A stretch of 54,768 nucleotides of DNA from an uncultured archaeon (GTDB lineage: Archaea; Aenigmatarchaeota; Aenigmatarchaeia; CG10238-14; SCSR01). Location: assembly GCA_964601215.1 (NCBI GenBank), contig CAZRMN010000002.1, positions 2,314 to 57,081 on the forward strand, given 5' to 3'. Shown in pieces: positions 43,517 through 52,976 of the stretch; positions within the stretch are counted from its first letter, which is position 1, and each line of letters opens with the position of its first letter. The translations under genes and the position numbers were made by a program. The notes below the pieces were generated by a model. The model saw only the letters and a program-made list of their open reading frames with translations, had not been told where the DNA came from and did no database searches.

Positions 43517-45994
43517 GTGGTAAGATTGAAGAAAAGACTTTTGGTAATAGATGCAGATTACATTCTTTTCGAAAACAAAGGAGTGGTAAGACTTTTTTGC
43601 AAGGACGAAAACGGGAAAACATTTTTGGTGGAGGATTTCAATTTTAGGCCATATTTTTATGCAATGCCAAAGGATGGGGAAGAAAAAATTCTTAAGAAAA
43701 AAATTGAAAATTTAGAGACAAAAAAAATAAACGCAGAAATCTTAAAAGTTGAAATTGTAGAAAAAAAATGGGAAGGAAAAGAAAGAAAGCTTGTTAAAAT
43801 AACAATAAATAACCCGAGAAAAATATCGCAAGTTAGAGACCTTATAAAGGATTGGAAAGAAGTTGAAGATACTTACGAGTATGACATTTCATTCTATAAA
43901 CGTTATTTAATGGATAAGCAAATCGAACCTATGAATTGGCTAGAAGTTGAAGGTGAAGAAATAAAGAACGAAGAATATAAAGTCTACAAAGTAATAAAAG
44001 CCTCGAATATTAAGCCAATTGACTCAGAGAAAAAAGTAGAATTCAAGATTCTTGCATTTGACACAGAATGGGTTGAAGAAAATAATGAAAGAAAGTTAAT
44101 AATGCTAAGTTTTGCCTCTAGCGATGGAGAAAAAAAAGTTTTAACATATTACACTTGGAAAGAAAAACCAAGCTATGTAGAATGCTTGAAAGATGAAAAA
44201 GAAATAATTAAAAGATTCATGGAAATTGTGGAAAAAAAAGATCCTGATTTTTTAATAGGTTATAACTCTGATGGATTTGATTTACTAAGAATTAAAGAAA
44301 AAGCTAGCGAGTTCAAATTAACTCTAAAATTAGGAAGGGATGAAACTCCAGTAAGATTTGTAAGACGTGGAAGAATAAGCTCTGCAAAAATTAAGGGAAG
44401 AATTCATATAGATTTGTTCAATTTTGTCAATCACATTCTTTCCCCAAGCTTGAAAAGCGAAGTCCTTACTTTAGACGAGGTTGCTCAAGAACTAATCGGC
44501 GAGGGAAAGAAAAAAATGAAATACAAAGAAATGGTCGAGATTTGGAGTAAGAAAGAACAGATGAAAAGGCTAGTAGAGTATAGTCTTTGGGACTCTGAGT
44601 TAACTCTAAAATTGGGCGAGTATATTTTACCACAAATTTTTGCCCTATGCAGACTTACTGGTCAACTACCTTTCGATACCTCAAGGTATACTTATTCTCA
44701 ACTAGTAGAGGCTTTTTACATGAGGAGAGCTTTTACTGATAACGTGTTAATTCCAAACAGACCAAAAACAGAAGAGATAGAAAAAAGAAGGTTAGCTCCT
44801 GTTTATAAGGGAGCAATAGTAATAGAACCAAAAAAAGGTATACACTCAGATATTCTAGTTTTTGATTTTAGAAGTTTGTATCCTACGATAATCGTTACCC
44901 ATAACATTTCACCAGAAACTTTAAATTGTAAACATAAAGAATGTAAAGAAAAGAACAAAGCTCCAGAAACTAAGTGGTATTTCTGCATAAAAAAGAAAGG
45001 ATTTATACCAAAGCATTTGGAAGAATTGATCAAAAAAAGGCAAGATATTAAAAAAATGATGAAGAAGGTGAAAAAGAATACAGAAGAATGGAAAAAACTA
45101 AACAACATGCAATATGCTTTAAAAATAATTGCTAATGCTTCTTACGGATACTTTGGCTATTTTGGTGCTAGATGGTATAAAAGAGAATGTGGAGCCTCTG
45201 CAGCAGCCTGGGGAAGATTTTACATAACTAAAGTAATAGGTTTTGCAAAAGAGGAGAAGTTTGATATAATATATGGTGATACAGATTCTCTAATGATAAA
45301 ATTACCCAAAACTCTTAGAAAGAAAGAACTGGAAGATATAGGGAAAAAATTCGCCCAAAAGGTAAATAAACAATTGCCAGGAATAATTGAGCTTGAATTT
45401 AGGGGTTTATATGAAGGTGGGATTTTTGTAGTAAGAGAGAGAGGGAAGGGTGGTGCTAAGAAAAGATATGCCTTACTCGATTATGAGGGTGGAATAGAAA
45501 TTCGGGGTTTTGAAACAGTAAGAAGAGATTGGTGTCAGCTTGCAAAAGATGTTCAAAGAAAAGTATTGGTGACAATTCTCAAAGAGAAAAACCCAAAAAA
45601 AGCAATAGAATTTGTTAGAGAAACTATCAAAAAAATAAAAGAAGGTAAAGTTTCCTTAGAAGATTTGACGATTTTCGAACAGATTACTAGGCCATTAAGT
45701 CAGTATGAGCAAATTGGACCACACGTAAAAGCTGCAAAAAAAGCTAGGGATAGAGGAAGACCAGTGGGAGAGGGTATAATCATAGGATTTGTAATAGTAA
45801 AAGGAAGTGGAAGTATTTCTGATAGGGCAGAACCAGTGGAGGATGTAAAACCAAACCAGTATGACCCGAATTATTATATAAACCATCAAATCTTACCAGC
45901 AGCCATGCGTGTTTTAAAAGCCTTAGGTTATACTGAGCAAGAAGTTTTAAGCGGGAAAATACAAAAAAAGCTTGAAGGTTTCTTCAAAAAATGA
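43517..45994 (+). CDS. polB: Family B DNA polymerase with intact 3'-5' exonuclease motifs, no intein
   Basis: FDTE, YNSDGFD, DFRSLYPTII, KIIANASYGY, YGDTDS. Confidence 0.97.
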   Translation: MVRLKKRLLVIDADYILFENKGVVRLFCKDENGKTFLVEDFNFRPYFYAMPKDGEEKILKKKIENLETKKINAEILKVEIVEKKWEGKERKLVKITINNPRKISQVRDLIKDWKEVEDTYEYDISFYKRYLMDKQIEPMNWLEVEGEEIKNEEYKVYKVIKASNIKPIDSEKKVEFKILAFDTEWVEENNERKLIMLSFASSDGEKKVLTYYTWKEKPSYVECLKDEKEIIKRFMEIVEKKDPDFLIGYNSDGFDLLRIKEKASEFKLTLKLGRDETPVRFVRRGRISSAKIKGRIHIDLFNFVNHILSPSLKSEVLTLDEVAQELIGEGKKKMKYKEMVEIWSKKEQMKRLVEYSLWDSELTLKLGEYILPQIFALCRLTGQLPFDTSRYTYSQLVEAFYMRRAFTDNVLIPNRPKTEEIEKRRLAPVYKGAIVIEPKKGIHSDILVFDFRSLYPTIIVTHNISPETLNCKHKECKEKNKAPETKWYFCIKKKGFIPKHLEELIKKRQDIKKMMKKVKKNTEEWKKLNNMQYALKIIANASYGYFGYFGARWYKRECGASAAAWGRFYITKVIGFAKEEKFDIIYGDTDSLMIKLPKTLRKKELEDIGKKFAQKVNKQLPGIIELEFRGLYEGGIFVVRERGKGGAKKRYALLDYEGGIEIRGFETVRRDWCQLAKDVQRKVLVTILKEKNPKKAIEFVRETIKKIKEGKVSLEDLTIFEQITRPLSQYEQIGPHVKAAKKARDRGRPVGEGIIIGFVIVKGSGSISDRAEPVEDVKPNQYDPNYYINHQILPAAMRVLKALGYTEQEVLSGKIQKKLEGFFKK

Positions 45995-46558
45995 TTACTT
46001 GTTATTCGTAGCTTTAAGTAAATCAGCTTTTGTGATAATACCAACTATTTTACCTTTTTTTGAAACTAAAACTGCATGGTTGCTTTGCAATAAAGTTAAA
46101 ATTACTGGCAAACCTTCATCTTCTTTAACAATTGGAAAAGCTTCTTCCATAACTTCAAAGGCTTTTTTGTTGAGTATTTTTGAAATTCTCTCGCTTTTAG
46201 AAATTAAGTCCAGAATTGTTTTTTCAGAAATACTTCCAACAACATTATTTCTATCGATTATAGGAAGCTGTGAATAACCATGTTTTCTCATGAGTTCCAT
46301 ACATTTCCTTAGCTTATCGTTCTTTCTTGCAAAAACCACATTAGAAGTTAAAAGATTTTTAGCTGTTATCCTACTTTTCTTTTCCAATTCTTCAAAAGTG
46401 TCAAAAATTTTTTTAACAATTCTATAGCTTGGGTTAACTTTTTTTGTTTCTATTTTTGCTATTAAGGATTGGCTAACATTTACTAAAGCAGCTAATTCTT
46501 TTTGAGTTAGACCTAAACTTTTTCTCTTTCTCTGGATTTCATCTATTTCTGGTAACAT
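45995..46558 (-). CDS. HTH (XRE) + CBS-pair transcriptional regulator
   Basis: LGLTQKELAALVNVSQSLIAKIE, YSQLPII, GIITKADLL. Confidence 0.92.
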   Translation of the reverse strand: MLPEIDEIQRKRKSLGLTQKELAALVNVSQSLIAKIETKKVNPSYRIVKKIFDTFEELEKKSRITAKNLLTSNVVFARKNDKLRKCMELMRKHGYSQLPIIDRNNVVGSISEKTILDLISKSERISKILNKKAFEVMEEAFPIVKEDEGLPVILTLLQSNHAVLVSKKGKIVGIITKADLLKATNNK

Positions 46559-46627
46559 ATTCCTATAAGAATATTTTTTTCAAAAAAAATATTAATAAAA
46601 GAATTTTTAATTTTAAAAAGTGATGCG

Positions 46628-47842
46628 ATGAAAAATTTTGTAGTAGAAGAGTTGAAACAAGTTCCTACTTATAAACAAAAAATAGAAATTGTGGAAAGAA
46701 AAGGCTTGGGACATCCAGATACTATTTGCGATTTAATCATGAACGAGATTTCTATTAGATTATCAGAAGAATATCTCAAAAGGTTTGGAACTATTCTCCA
46801 TTATAATATAGATAAAGCATTATTGTCTGCTGGTGAAGCTGAATTTAAGTTTGGAGGGGGGAAAATAAAAAAACCGATGCTTCTTATAATTGGTGATAGA
46901 GCAACTTATTCTATAAACGGAGAGGAGATACCAGTCGAAGAAATAGCTATAAGTACTGCAAAAAAATGGTTTAAGGAAAACTTAAGGTTTGTAGATCCTG
47001 AAAATCATGTGAAATATCAAGTTGAATTAAAACAAGTAGGAGAAGAACTTGCTGATATTTTTAAAAGAAAAAAGGAAGTTTTGGGCGCTGGTGATACTTC
47101 TGCTGCAGTAGGATATGCTCCACTTACACCCACAGAAAACCTTGTTCTAGAAACTGAAAAATTTTTGAATTCAAAAGAATTCAAAAAAGAATTCGAAGAA
47201 ACGGGGGAGGACATAAAAGTTATGGGTTCGAGGATAGACGATGAGTTAAACTTAACAATAGCTGTTCCTTTCATCGACAGATTCATAGATTCAGAAAATA
47301 CTTATTTCAAAAGAAAGGAAGAAGTGAACCAAAAACTTCTAGAGTTTTTAGATGAAAAATACTCGATGAATTTTTCAAATTTTGATGTGCACTTGAATAC
47401 TTTGGATGTAAAAGATAGAGGAACCGCTGGTATTTATTTAAGTGTTATCGGAACTTCTGCCGAAACAACAGATAGCGGTCAGGTGGGAAGAGGAAATAGA
47501 CCAAATGGAGTAATTTCCTTAAACAGGTATGCGAGTGAAGAGGCTGCTGCAGGAAAAAATCCGGTATCGCATGTGGGAAAAATATACAATTTACTTTCCT
47601 TCAGGATTGCCAAAAAAATCTACAATAATATTAGTGGGATTGAAGAAGTTTATGTATGGCTACTAAGCCAAATAGGAAGACCTATAAATGACCCAAAACT
47701 TGCAGCTGCTCAGGTTGTTTTGAAAGAAGGCACTCCGTTGAACACTATAAAAAATGACATTGAAGAAATTTTATACAAAGAATTGGGAAATATAGATAAA
47801 TTTTGTAAGGAACTAATCAAAGGAAAAGTATCCATTTGTTAA
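46628..47842 (+). CDS. mat: S-adenosylmethionine synthetase, archaeal type
   Basis: ERKGLGHPDTICD, GQVGRGNR.NG, AAAGKNPVSHVGKIYN. Confidence 0.95.
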   Translation: MKNFVVEELKQVPTYKQKIEIVERKGLGHPDTICDLIMNEISIRLSEEYLKRFGTILHYNIDKALLSAGEAEFKFGGGKIKKPMLLIIGDRATYSINGEEIPVEEIAISTAKKWFKENLRFVDPENHVKYQVELKQVGEELADIFKRKKEVLGAGDTSAAVGYAPLTPTENLVLETEKFLNSKEFKKEFEETGEDIKVMGSRIDDELNLTIAVPFIDRFIDSENTYFKRKEEVNQKLLEFLDEKYSMNFSNFDVHLNTLDVKDRGTAGIYLSVIGTSAETTDSGQVGRGNRPNGVISLNRYASEEAAAGKNPVSHVGKIYNLLSFRIAKKIYNNISGIEEVYVWLLSQIGRPINDPKLAAAQVVLKEGTPLNTIKNDIEEILYKELGNIDKFCKELIKGKVSIC

Positions 47843-48118
47843 TTATTTAAGATAACCCCAAAGTTTTGCACCTTCATGCAAAAGCTTTAAAGCTCTTTTC
47901 AACCCTTTTTCACTCAACTTATAACTTTCTTTTTTTGGATGTCGAACAAGAAATTTATTCTTCTCTAATTTTTTGATAGCATTCCTTACATGCTTTCTTT
48001 GTCTAATAGGAAATTTATTAACTACACTTTCAGCTGGCAAAAATTCTTTCAGTTCCTTTTTTGCCAAAACCAAAAAAGTAAGCAAGACTGTTTTTTCTAG
48101 TTCTGTTAATACTACCAT
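47843..48118 (-). CDS. Small winged-helix protein
   Basis: VRNAIKKLEKNKFL....YKLSEKG pattern. Confidence 0.65.
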   Translation of the reverse strand: MVVLTELEKTVLLTFLVLAKKELKEFLPAESVVNKFPIRQRKHVRNAIKKLEKNKFLVRHPKKESYKLSEKGLKRALKLLHEGAKLWGYLK

Positions 48119-48256
48119 AACAACATATGTTGGATTGCTTATACTTAAATCTTTCTTTAGAAACTAAAAGAAATGATCAAGAAGAAAAGTTTAAAAATCC
48201 TTTCGAGATATATTAATTAACATTTTTTGTTTTAAAAATAAGATGGGGAGTGAAGA

Positions 48257-48541
48257 GTGTCAAGAAAAAGTGCAACCGACCAAATAGTTTATAATTTTAT
48301 TTGTTCTAATCCTGGTTTGTGCACGTATGAAATAGCTAAAAGACTTAGAATGAGTGGAGGGAGAATAAGATACACTTTAAAAAAGTTAAAAGAAGTTGGG
48401 TTAGTTAGCTTCAAATTTGACAAAAGAAACCCTAGAATTAAAAAGTTAACTTTTCCTGTTGATATGTGGAAACTTTTGCCTAGAAAAATAAAAAATGAAA
48501 CCAAAAAGTTAATGCTTATAAAATATTCGAGAAGACATTAA
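48257..48541 (+). CDS. Small winged-helix transcriptional regulator
   Basis: NPGLCTYEIAKRLRMSGGRIRYTLKKLKEVGLV. Confidence 0.8.
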   Translation: MSRKSATDQIVYNFICSNPGLCTYEIAKRLRMSGGRIRYTLKKLKEVGLVSFKFDKRNPRIKKLTFPVDMWKLLPRKIKNETKKLMLIKYSRRH

Positions 48542-48648
48542 CCGATATAGTTTAATTCTTTTTCATGCTTTTCATGCAGTCTTATGTATTTTTCCAATTG
48601 TTTCAGAGCCCATTTCTCAATCTTCTTTTCTAATTTTTTCTTGGCCAT
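48538..48648 (-). CDS. Possible 36-aa charged peptide downstream of the DHS-like gene
   Basis: MAKKKLEKKIEKWALKQLEKYIRLHEKHEKELNYIG; ATG 3 nt after the DHS stop. Confidence 0.4.
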   Translation of the reverse strand: MAKKKLEKKIEKWALKQLEKYIRLHEKHEKELNYIG

Positions 48649-48651
48649 AGC

Positions 48652-49758
48652 TCACAACCTCATCTTCTCGAATTTTACAACTAAATCATTATTTTTCCAC
48701 TTAAATATTGGAACATTCCTTTTTAATTTTTTAAACCTTTCGCTTAAAGCATGAACAACTATGGGTAAAGCTATTGTAGCGTCACAATGGCACATAGCAG
48801 TTTTTGCATTCTTTGATTCCTTCCCCCAGCTTCTAGCTTCTTCGAAAGTACAACCGGATAAACCGCCCCATTGAGGTAGATCTGTAGTTATCTGAACTGC
48901 AAAGTTATGACTTCTATCATGCCTAGTTTGATAACTAGCAATTACAGCAGTTTGTTGGATAAAATTCTTAGGGGTTCCACCTCCAATATAAATAACTCCA
49001 CTATACTTTGTCTTTTCTCTTATTCTCGCAGTCTCATGGACATCCTTAAGAGCATCCACAATTATATTCCTTTTTTTGAGTAAAGTAGGCTTTCCCCGTA
49101 TTTTAACTATTTTTTCTTTTTTCCTTCTATTCATGAACATTATAGAAAATCCTATACAACTATCGCCAAAAGCCGGGCAAAAAACTGGAACACCGCTTTT
49201 ATAAGCAGAAGCTAAAATAGAGTATTTGTCCCTGCCGTACTTGTTTAAGAATTTCCCTAACAAATAAAATATTTCTCTAGAAGAATAAGGATAATTATCC
49301 TTAAGCATCAGACTAAAATCGCCAGAAATAATATTATCATACTTATAGAATTTTTCCTCATCTGCATAAATATCGTAAATTCTATCAACTTTCATTTTCC
49401 TTAGTTTGTTATCGTCTATCAAATGAGTTCCAATGTAGTGTTTCATGCCCATACCTTCACAAAAATCGTGGTACATATTAGCTCCTGTCGTAACTAGCAC
49501 ATCAATCATTCTTCTTCTTATCAAATAAGCGATTATTTTTCTCATTCCAGCAGGAACCATTGCTCCAGCCAGACCAAACCAAATAACTAGATTTTTTCTT
49601 TTGATCATTCTAGCCCAAATTTCAATAACTTCTGCTAACTTTCTTCCTTGAAAACCAATAGCAAGCATTTCCCTAGTTAATTCACTAATACTTTTATCTG
49701 GCCAAACTTCTATTGGTTCGGTTGGATGCGCAAGAATTTTCATTTTATTTTTTTTCAT
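48652..49758 (-). CDS. Deoxyhypusine synthase family protein
   Basis: GFQGRKL, LAGAMVPAG, TTGANMYHD, GGGTPKNF, WGGLSGCTFEEARSWGK, CDATIALP. Confidence 0.9.
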   Translation of the reverse strand: MKKNKMKILAHPTEPIEVWPDKSISELTREMLAIGFQGRKLAEVIEIWARMIKRKNLVIWFGLAGAMVPAGMRKIIAYLIRRRMIDVLVTTGANMYHDFCEGMGMKHYIGTHLIDDNKLRKMKVDRIYDIYADEEKFYKYDNIISGDFSLMLKDNYPYSSREIFYLLGKFLNKYGRDKYSILASAYKSGVPVFCPAFGDSCIGFSIMFMNRRKKEKIVKIRGKPTLLKKRNIIVDALKDVHETARIREKTKYSGVIYIGGGTPKNFIQQTAVIASYQTRHDRSHNFAVQITTDLPQWGGLSGCTFEEARSWGKESKNAKTAMCHCDATIALPIVVHALSERFKKLKRNVPIFKWKNNDLVVKFEKMRL

Positions 49759-49897
49759 TTTATTAAAATATATTGAATAAACTTAAATAAAAATTTAACA
49801 TTCTTTTGTTAATTCTTTTGGAATAGATTTTCGAATATATGTAACCCAATACAGAAAAATGTTTTAAATCGAATACTAATAAATTAAACAGATTTCT

Positions 49898-50071
49898 ATG
49901 AGAGTCATCAAAAACTTAAGATGCCCGAATTGCAAAAAACCCATTCCTTTCAAAACTTTAAAACTTACTGGAGGAAGATGCAATAAGTGTGGCTATATAA
50001 TAGCAACTTCTATTCTTAGATTCGCTAATAATGGAGGAAAAAAGTCTACAAAAATTCCTATAAAAAAATAA
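49898..50071 (+). CDS. Zn-ribbon microprotein, 57 aa
   Basis: Manual translation MRVIKNLRCPNCKKPIPFKTLKLTGGRCNKCGYIIATSILRFANNGGKKSTKIPIKK. Confidence 0.75.
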   Translation: MRVIKNLRCPNCKKPIPFKTLKLTGGRCNKCGYIIATSILRFANNGGKKSTKIPIKK

Positions 50072-50091
50072 AAAGTCTAAAGTTTTTCAGG

Positions 50092-50427
50092 CTATTCCTT
50101 TCTTGCAATTGCTAAAGCTCCACCGACTATTCCTAGTATTGCACCAATTAAAAATCCTGAAACTGTGATCAATGAAATTATACTGAAAATCAGAACGATT
50201 ATTCCTCCTTTCTTAACGTCACCTTTGTTTATGAGAAAACCTCCTGCCATTAGGATTATACCGCAAATTACTCCCCATATGCCTAATCCTGTTCCAACCA
50301 ATGGAAGAAATTCTGTAATTCCTGGTATTCCTGAAATAAGCTGTGTAAGTGTTAGGAATACCAATCCATTTATTAACACTAATATTCCTGCTATTAAAGA
50401 AAGTGCAAAATAAGTTGTTTTCGCCAT
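50092..50427 (-). CDS. Small Gly-rich multi-pass membrane protein (DUF4064-like)
   Basis: Hydrophobic segments with GxxxG repeats, GFLIGAILGIVGG. Confidence 0.7.
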   Translation of the reverse strand: MAKTTYFALSLIAGILVLINGLVFLTLTQLISGIPGITEFLPLVGTGLGIWGVICGIILMAGGFLINKGDVKKGGIIVLIFSIISLITVSGFLIGAILGIVGGALAIARKE

Positions 50428-50510
50428 TTCTTCACCTTTTTAAAATTTGGAATTTTTTAATAAAAAATATTTTCGGAAAGCTTAAGTAAAAGAAATTCCG
50501 ATAAAAACTT

Positions 50511-51377
50511 ATGGAAAAAGAGATTTTGGAAAAATACAAAAAAGCTAAACAGGTTTCTGATGAAGTGAAAGAATTAGCTAGAGATTTAGTTAAAGATGGT
50601 GTAAAAATATTAGAGATAGCAGAAAAAGTTGAAAAAAGGATAAAAGAGTTGGGAGCTAAACCTGCTTTTCCTCTTAATATTTCAATTAACGAAATTGCAG
50701 CTCATTATACTCCTGACATAGACGATACTACAACTTTAAAAGAAGGTGACCTGGTAAAAATTGATATAGGAACACAAGTAGACGGATACATTTGGGATCG
50801 TGCGTTTACTGTTTGCATAGGAGAAAAAACACATCCCTTGATTGAAGTGTCTGAAAAAGCGCTTGAAGAAGCTTTAAAGCTGATTAAACCAGGGACAAAA
50901 GTTTGTGAAATTTCCGAAGTTGTAGAAGATACGGTATTAAACTATGGTTTTAATCCGGTACGCAACCTTTGTGGGCACGGATTAAGCAGGTTCAACCAAC
51001 ATGATCTTCCAACCATTCCAAACGGTAAAAATACTATTCAAACAGAAATAAAAGAAGGACAAGTAATTGCAATGGAAGTATTCGTTACAGATGGTGTTGG
51101 TCTAGTAAAGGAATCCTTTCCTGTTTTGATCTACAAGTTTAAACAACAAAAACCTGTAAGGCTCCCTGAAGCCAGAAAAATTTTAAACATGGCGATGAAC
51201 GAATTCAATTATTTACCTTTTGCTAAAAGATGGCTCGCAGGAAAAATACCAAAAATTAAAATCGACTTTGCTCTCAAAGAACTGGTAGAGGTTGGTGCTT
51301 TAATAGATTATCCCATTCTTAAAGAGGAAAGTAATAGACCTATTGCTCAAACAGAAGAAACGGTAATAGTTAAATGA
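50511..51377 (+). CDS. map: Methionine aminopeptidase type II
   Basis: AAHYTP, KIDIG..VDG..D, NLCGHGL, AMEVF, AQTEETVIV. Confidence 0.95.
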   Translation: MEKEILEKYKKAKQVSDEVKELARDLVKDGVKILEIAEKVEKRIKELGAKPAFPLNISINEIAAHYTPDIDDTTTLKEGDLVKIDIGTQVDGYIWDRAFTVCIGEKTHPLIEVSEKALEEALKLIKPGTKVCEISEVVEDTVLNYGFNPVRNLCGHGLSRFNQHDLPTIPNGKNTIQTEIKEGQVIAMEVFVTDGVGLVKESFPVLIYKFKQQKPVRLPEARKILNMAMNEFNYLPFAKRWLAGKIPKIKIDFALKELVEVGALIDYPILKEESNRPIAQTEETVIVK

Positions 51378-51402
51378 AAAGAAATGAATTAAATTATAGG
51401 AG

Positions 51403-51588
51403 ATGAGAATGGGTTTTTCGTATACAAATTCAAGAGGGCAAACTTATTGGTTACATTCCAGAAAAGCTAAGAGTGGTGCAACCTTGTTTTTCTTTTCGAA
51501 GAAAAAGGAAGGGTCGATAGATTTGCCAGAAGGTTTTGAAGTTATCGAAAATGAAAGAACCGGTTTGCCCATGGTAAAGAAAAAATAA
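51403..51588 (+). CDS. Small beta-rich conserved-looking protein
   Basis: YTNSRGQTYWLH...FFSK...LPEGFEVIENERTGLPMVKKK; SD AGGAG upstream. Confidence 0.75.
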   Translation: MRMGFSYTNSRGQTYWLHSRKAKSGATLFFFSKKKEGSIDLPEGFEVIENERTGLPMVKKK

Positions 51589-51590
51589 AC

Positions 51591-51773
51591 TCAAGAGTAT
51601 TTGCTCCTAATTCTGGATCTTGCAGACGAAAATCTAGCGAACAATCCCATCAACCTATAGCCGCATTTGCTACACTTTCCTTTAGTTTTTTTAAGACTTT
51701 TTTTAGTCATAATATTCCCACACTTCGGGCATTTTATTTTCGAAACACCCATTTTCCGATCCTCTTTGTCCAA
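51591..51773 (-). CDS. Zn-ribbon microprotein, paralog of 49898-50071
   Basis: CPKC-x15-CSKCGY-x7-RF. Confidence 0.75.
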   Translation of the reverse strand: MDKEDRKMGVSKIKCPKCGNIMTKKSLKKTKGKCSKCGYRLMGLFARFSSARSRIRSKYS

Positions 51774-51988
51774 TAATAGCTAGAATCCGATACTTCTTTT
51801 TTCACGATTTTTTTCTCTTCCAAAAGCTGTTTTAAATGGTTTTTGATAGTGTTCAAAGAAATAATTCTTTTTGTTTTTTCATTAACTTTAAAGTTAATAG
51901 ACAAGGGCTTTAAAGGAACTGGAGACTCTTCCAAAACTTTTAATATTACTGGGCCAAGAAAATCGTCCCGAGATTTGGTTCTAGCCAT
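51734..51988 (-). CDS. Small winged-helix protein
   Basis: ILKVLEES....ISLNTIKNHLKQLLEEKKIVK..YYW. Confidence 0.7.
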   Translation of the reverse strand: MARTKSRDDFLGPVILKVLEESPVPLKPLSINFKVNEKTKRIISLNTIKNHLKQLLEEKKIVKKEVSDSSYYWTKRIGKWVFRK

Positions 51989-52030
51989 AATAATATATAT
52001 ATTTTGTAGAATATTAAATCTTCAGAAATT

Positions 52031-52321
52031 TTACATTACAACTTTTAGTTTTTCTAGGATTTTTTTAGCTCTTGCAAAATTTGCAGCTGTTAGAATAACG
52101 CCTAAACACATAGAAAAAATAAAAACTATTAGAAAAGCTTGTGTGTATTCTTTCATGTTAAGGGCGAAAAAGTTCATAAGAATTATATAAATTATGATGA
52201 ATGCAAAAAGTGTGAACGCGTAGATTTGGGCTGTTCTTAGGTAATAATCGAGCTCTATTTTAAGGAATTCCTTGCTATTTCTTTTCGTTTTAGCCATATA
52301 TTTATTTTGGATTTTTATCAA
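52031..52321 (-). CDS. Two-helix membrane protein (start possibly ATG 52297)
   Basis: Two hydrophobic segments flanked by basic residues. Confidence 0.6.
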   Translation of the reverse strand: MIKIQNKYMAKTKRNSKEFLKIELDYYLRTAQIYAFTLFAFIIIYIILMNFFALNMKEYTQAFLIVFIFSMCLGVILTAANFARAKKILEKLKVVM

Positions 52322-52530
52322 ATAAAAGTGATACTAGTCTAAAATCACGAAAATTGGGCCAAAGTTCGGAGAAATATGAAAAAATCCTCTCTCTTTTAAT
52401 GGAAAACAAATCATTTTTTAAGTTTTACGATTAAAAAAAGCAGAAAAGGATAAATAAAATGAAGGATAAACACTAATTAAATCTAATAGCGCCAGTCGGC
52501 GCAATACAAGTATTTTGGGGTTGGCGCATT

Positions 52531-52803
52531 TTGCGAAAGGATACCATCAAAAACATCGTGAAAATAGTTAAATGTTTACAGAGAGCTGAGGGAGGGTGGC
52601 TCTGGATTAGAGAAATTGCTAGACGTTGCAAACTACATCATAAAACTGTTTCTCGGCTTATTTCAAAGCATTTGGATATGTTTGTTGAAATTCAAACAAT
52701 GGAACCTTTTAACGTAAAAATGGTGAGGATTAAACCAGGGACAGATATAAACGGGGTCTTCAGGTTTCTGAGCGTGATGGAAAAACTAGAAAAACCTAAA
52801 TAA
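52531..52803 (+). CDS. HTH protein (TTG start)
   Basis: WLWIREIARRCKLHHKTVSRLI helix-turn-helix. Confidence 0.75.
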   Translation: MRKDTIKNIVKIVKCLQRAEGGWLWIREIARRCKLHHKTVSRLISKHLDMFVEIQTMEPFNVKMVRIKPGTDINGVFRFLSVMEKLEKPK

Positions 52804-52874
52804 TTTAAAGCTTATATTTACAAAAAACTATATATTTTATAGGTGGTTTTCTGGGTAAGTTTAACGGAAAATAC

Positions 52875-52976
52875 ATGAATAAAGTGTTCATGCCATGTAA
52901 AAAGTGTAATAATTTAATCGAGGTGAGTGTTTTCGAAAAGCCTAAATACTGCCCCTTTTGTCATTCTAAGTTATGA
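52875..52976 (+). CDS. 33-aa Zn-ribbon peptide
   Basis: Manual translation MNKVFMPCKKCNNLIEVSVFEKPKYCPFCHSKL. Confidence 0.6.
   Translation: MNKVFMPCKKCNNLIEVSVFEKPKYCPFCHSKL

Noticed and set aside
43517-45994. Inteins in PolB, RNA polymerase subunits or EF-2
   Set aside because: Lengths are normal, catalytic motifs are contiguous and no internal HN-C/S/T junction with Hint blocks was found
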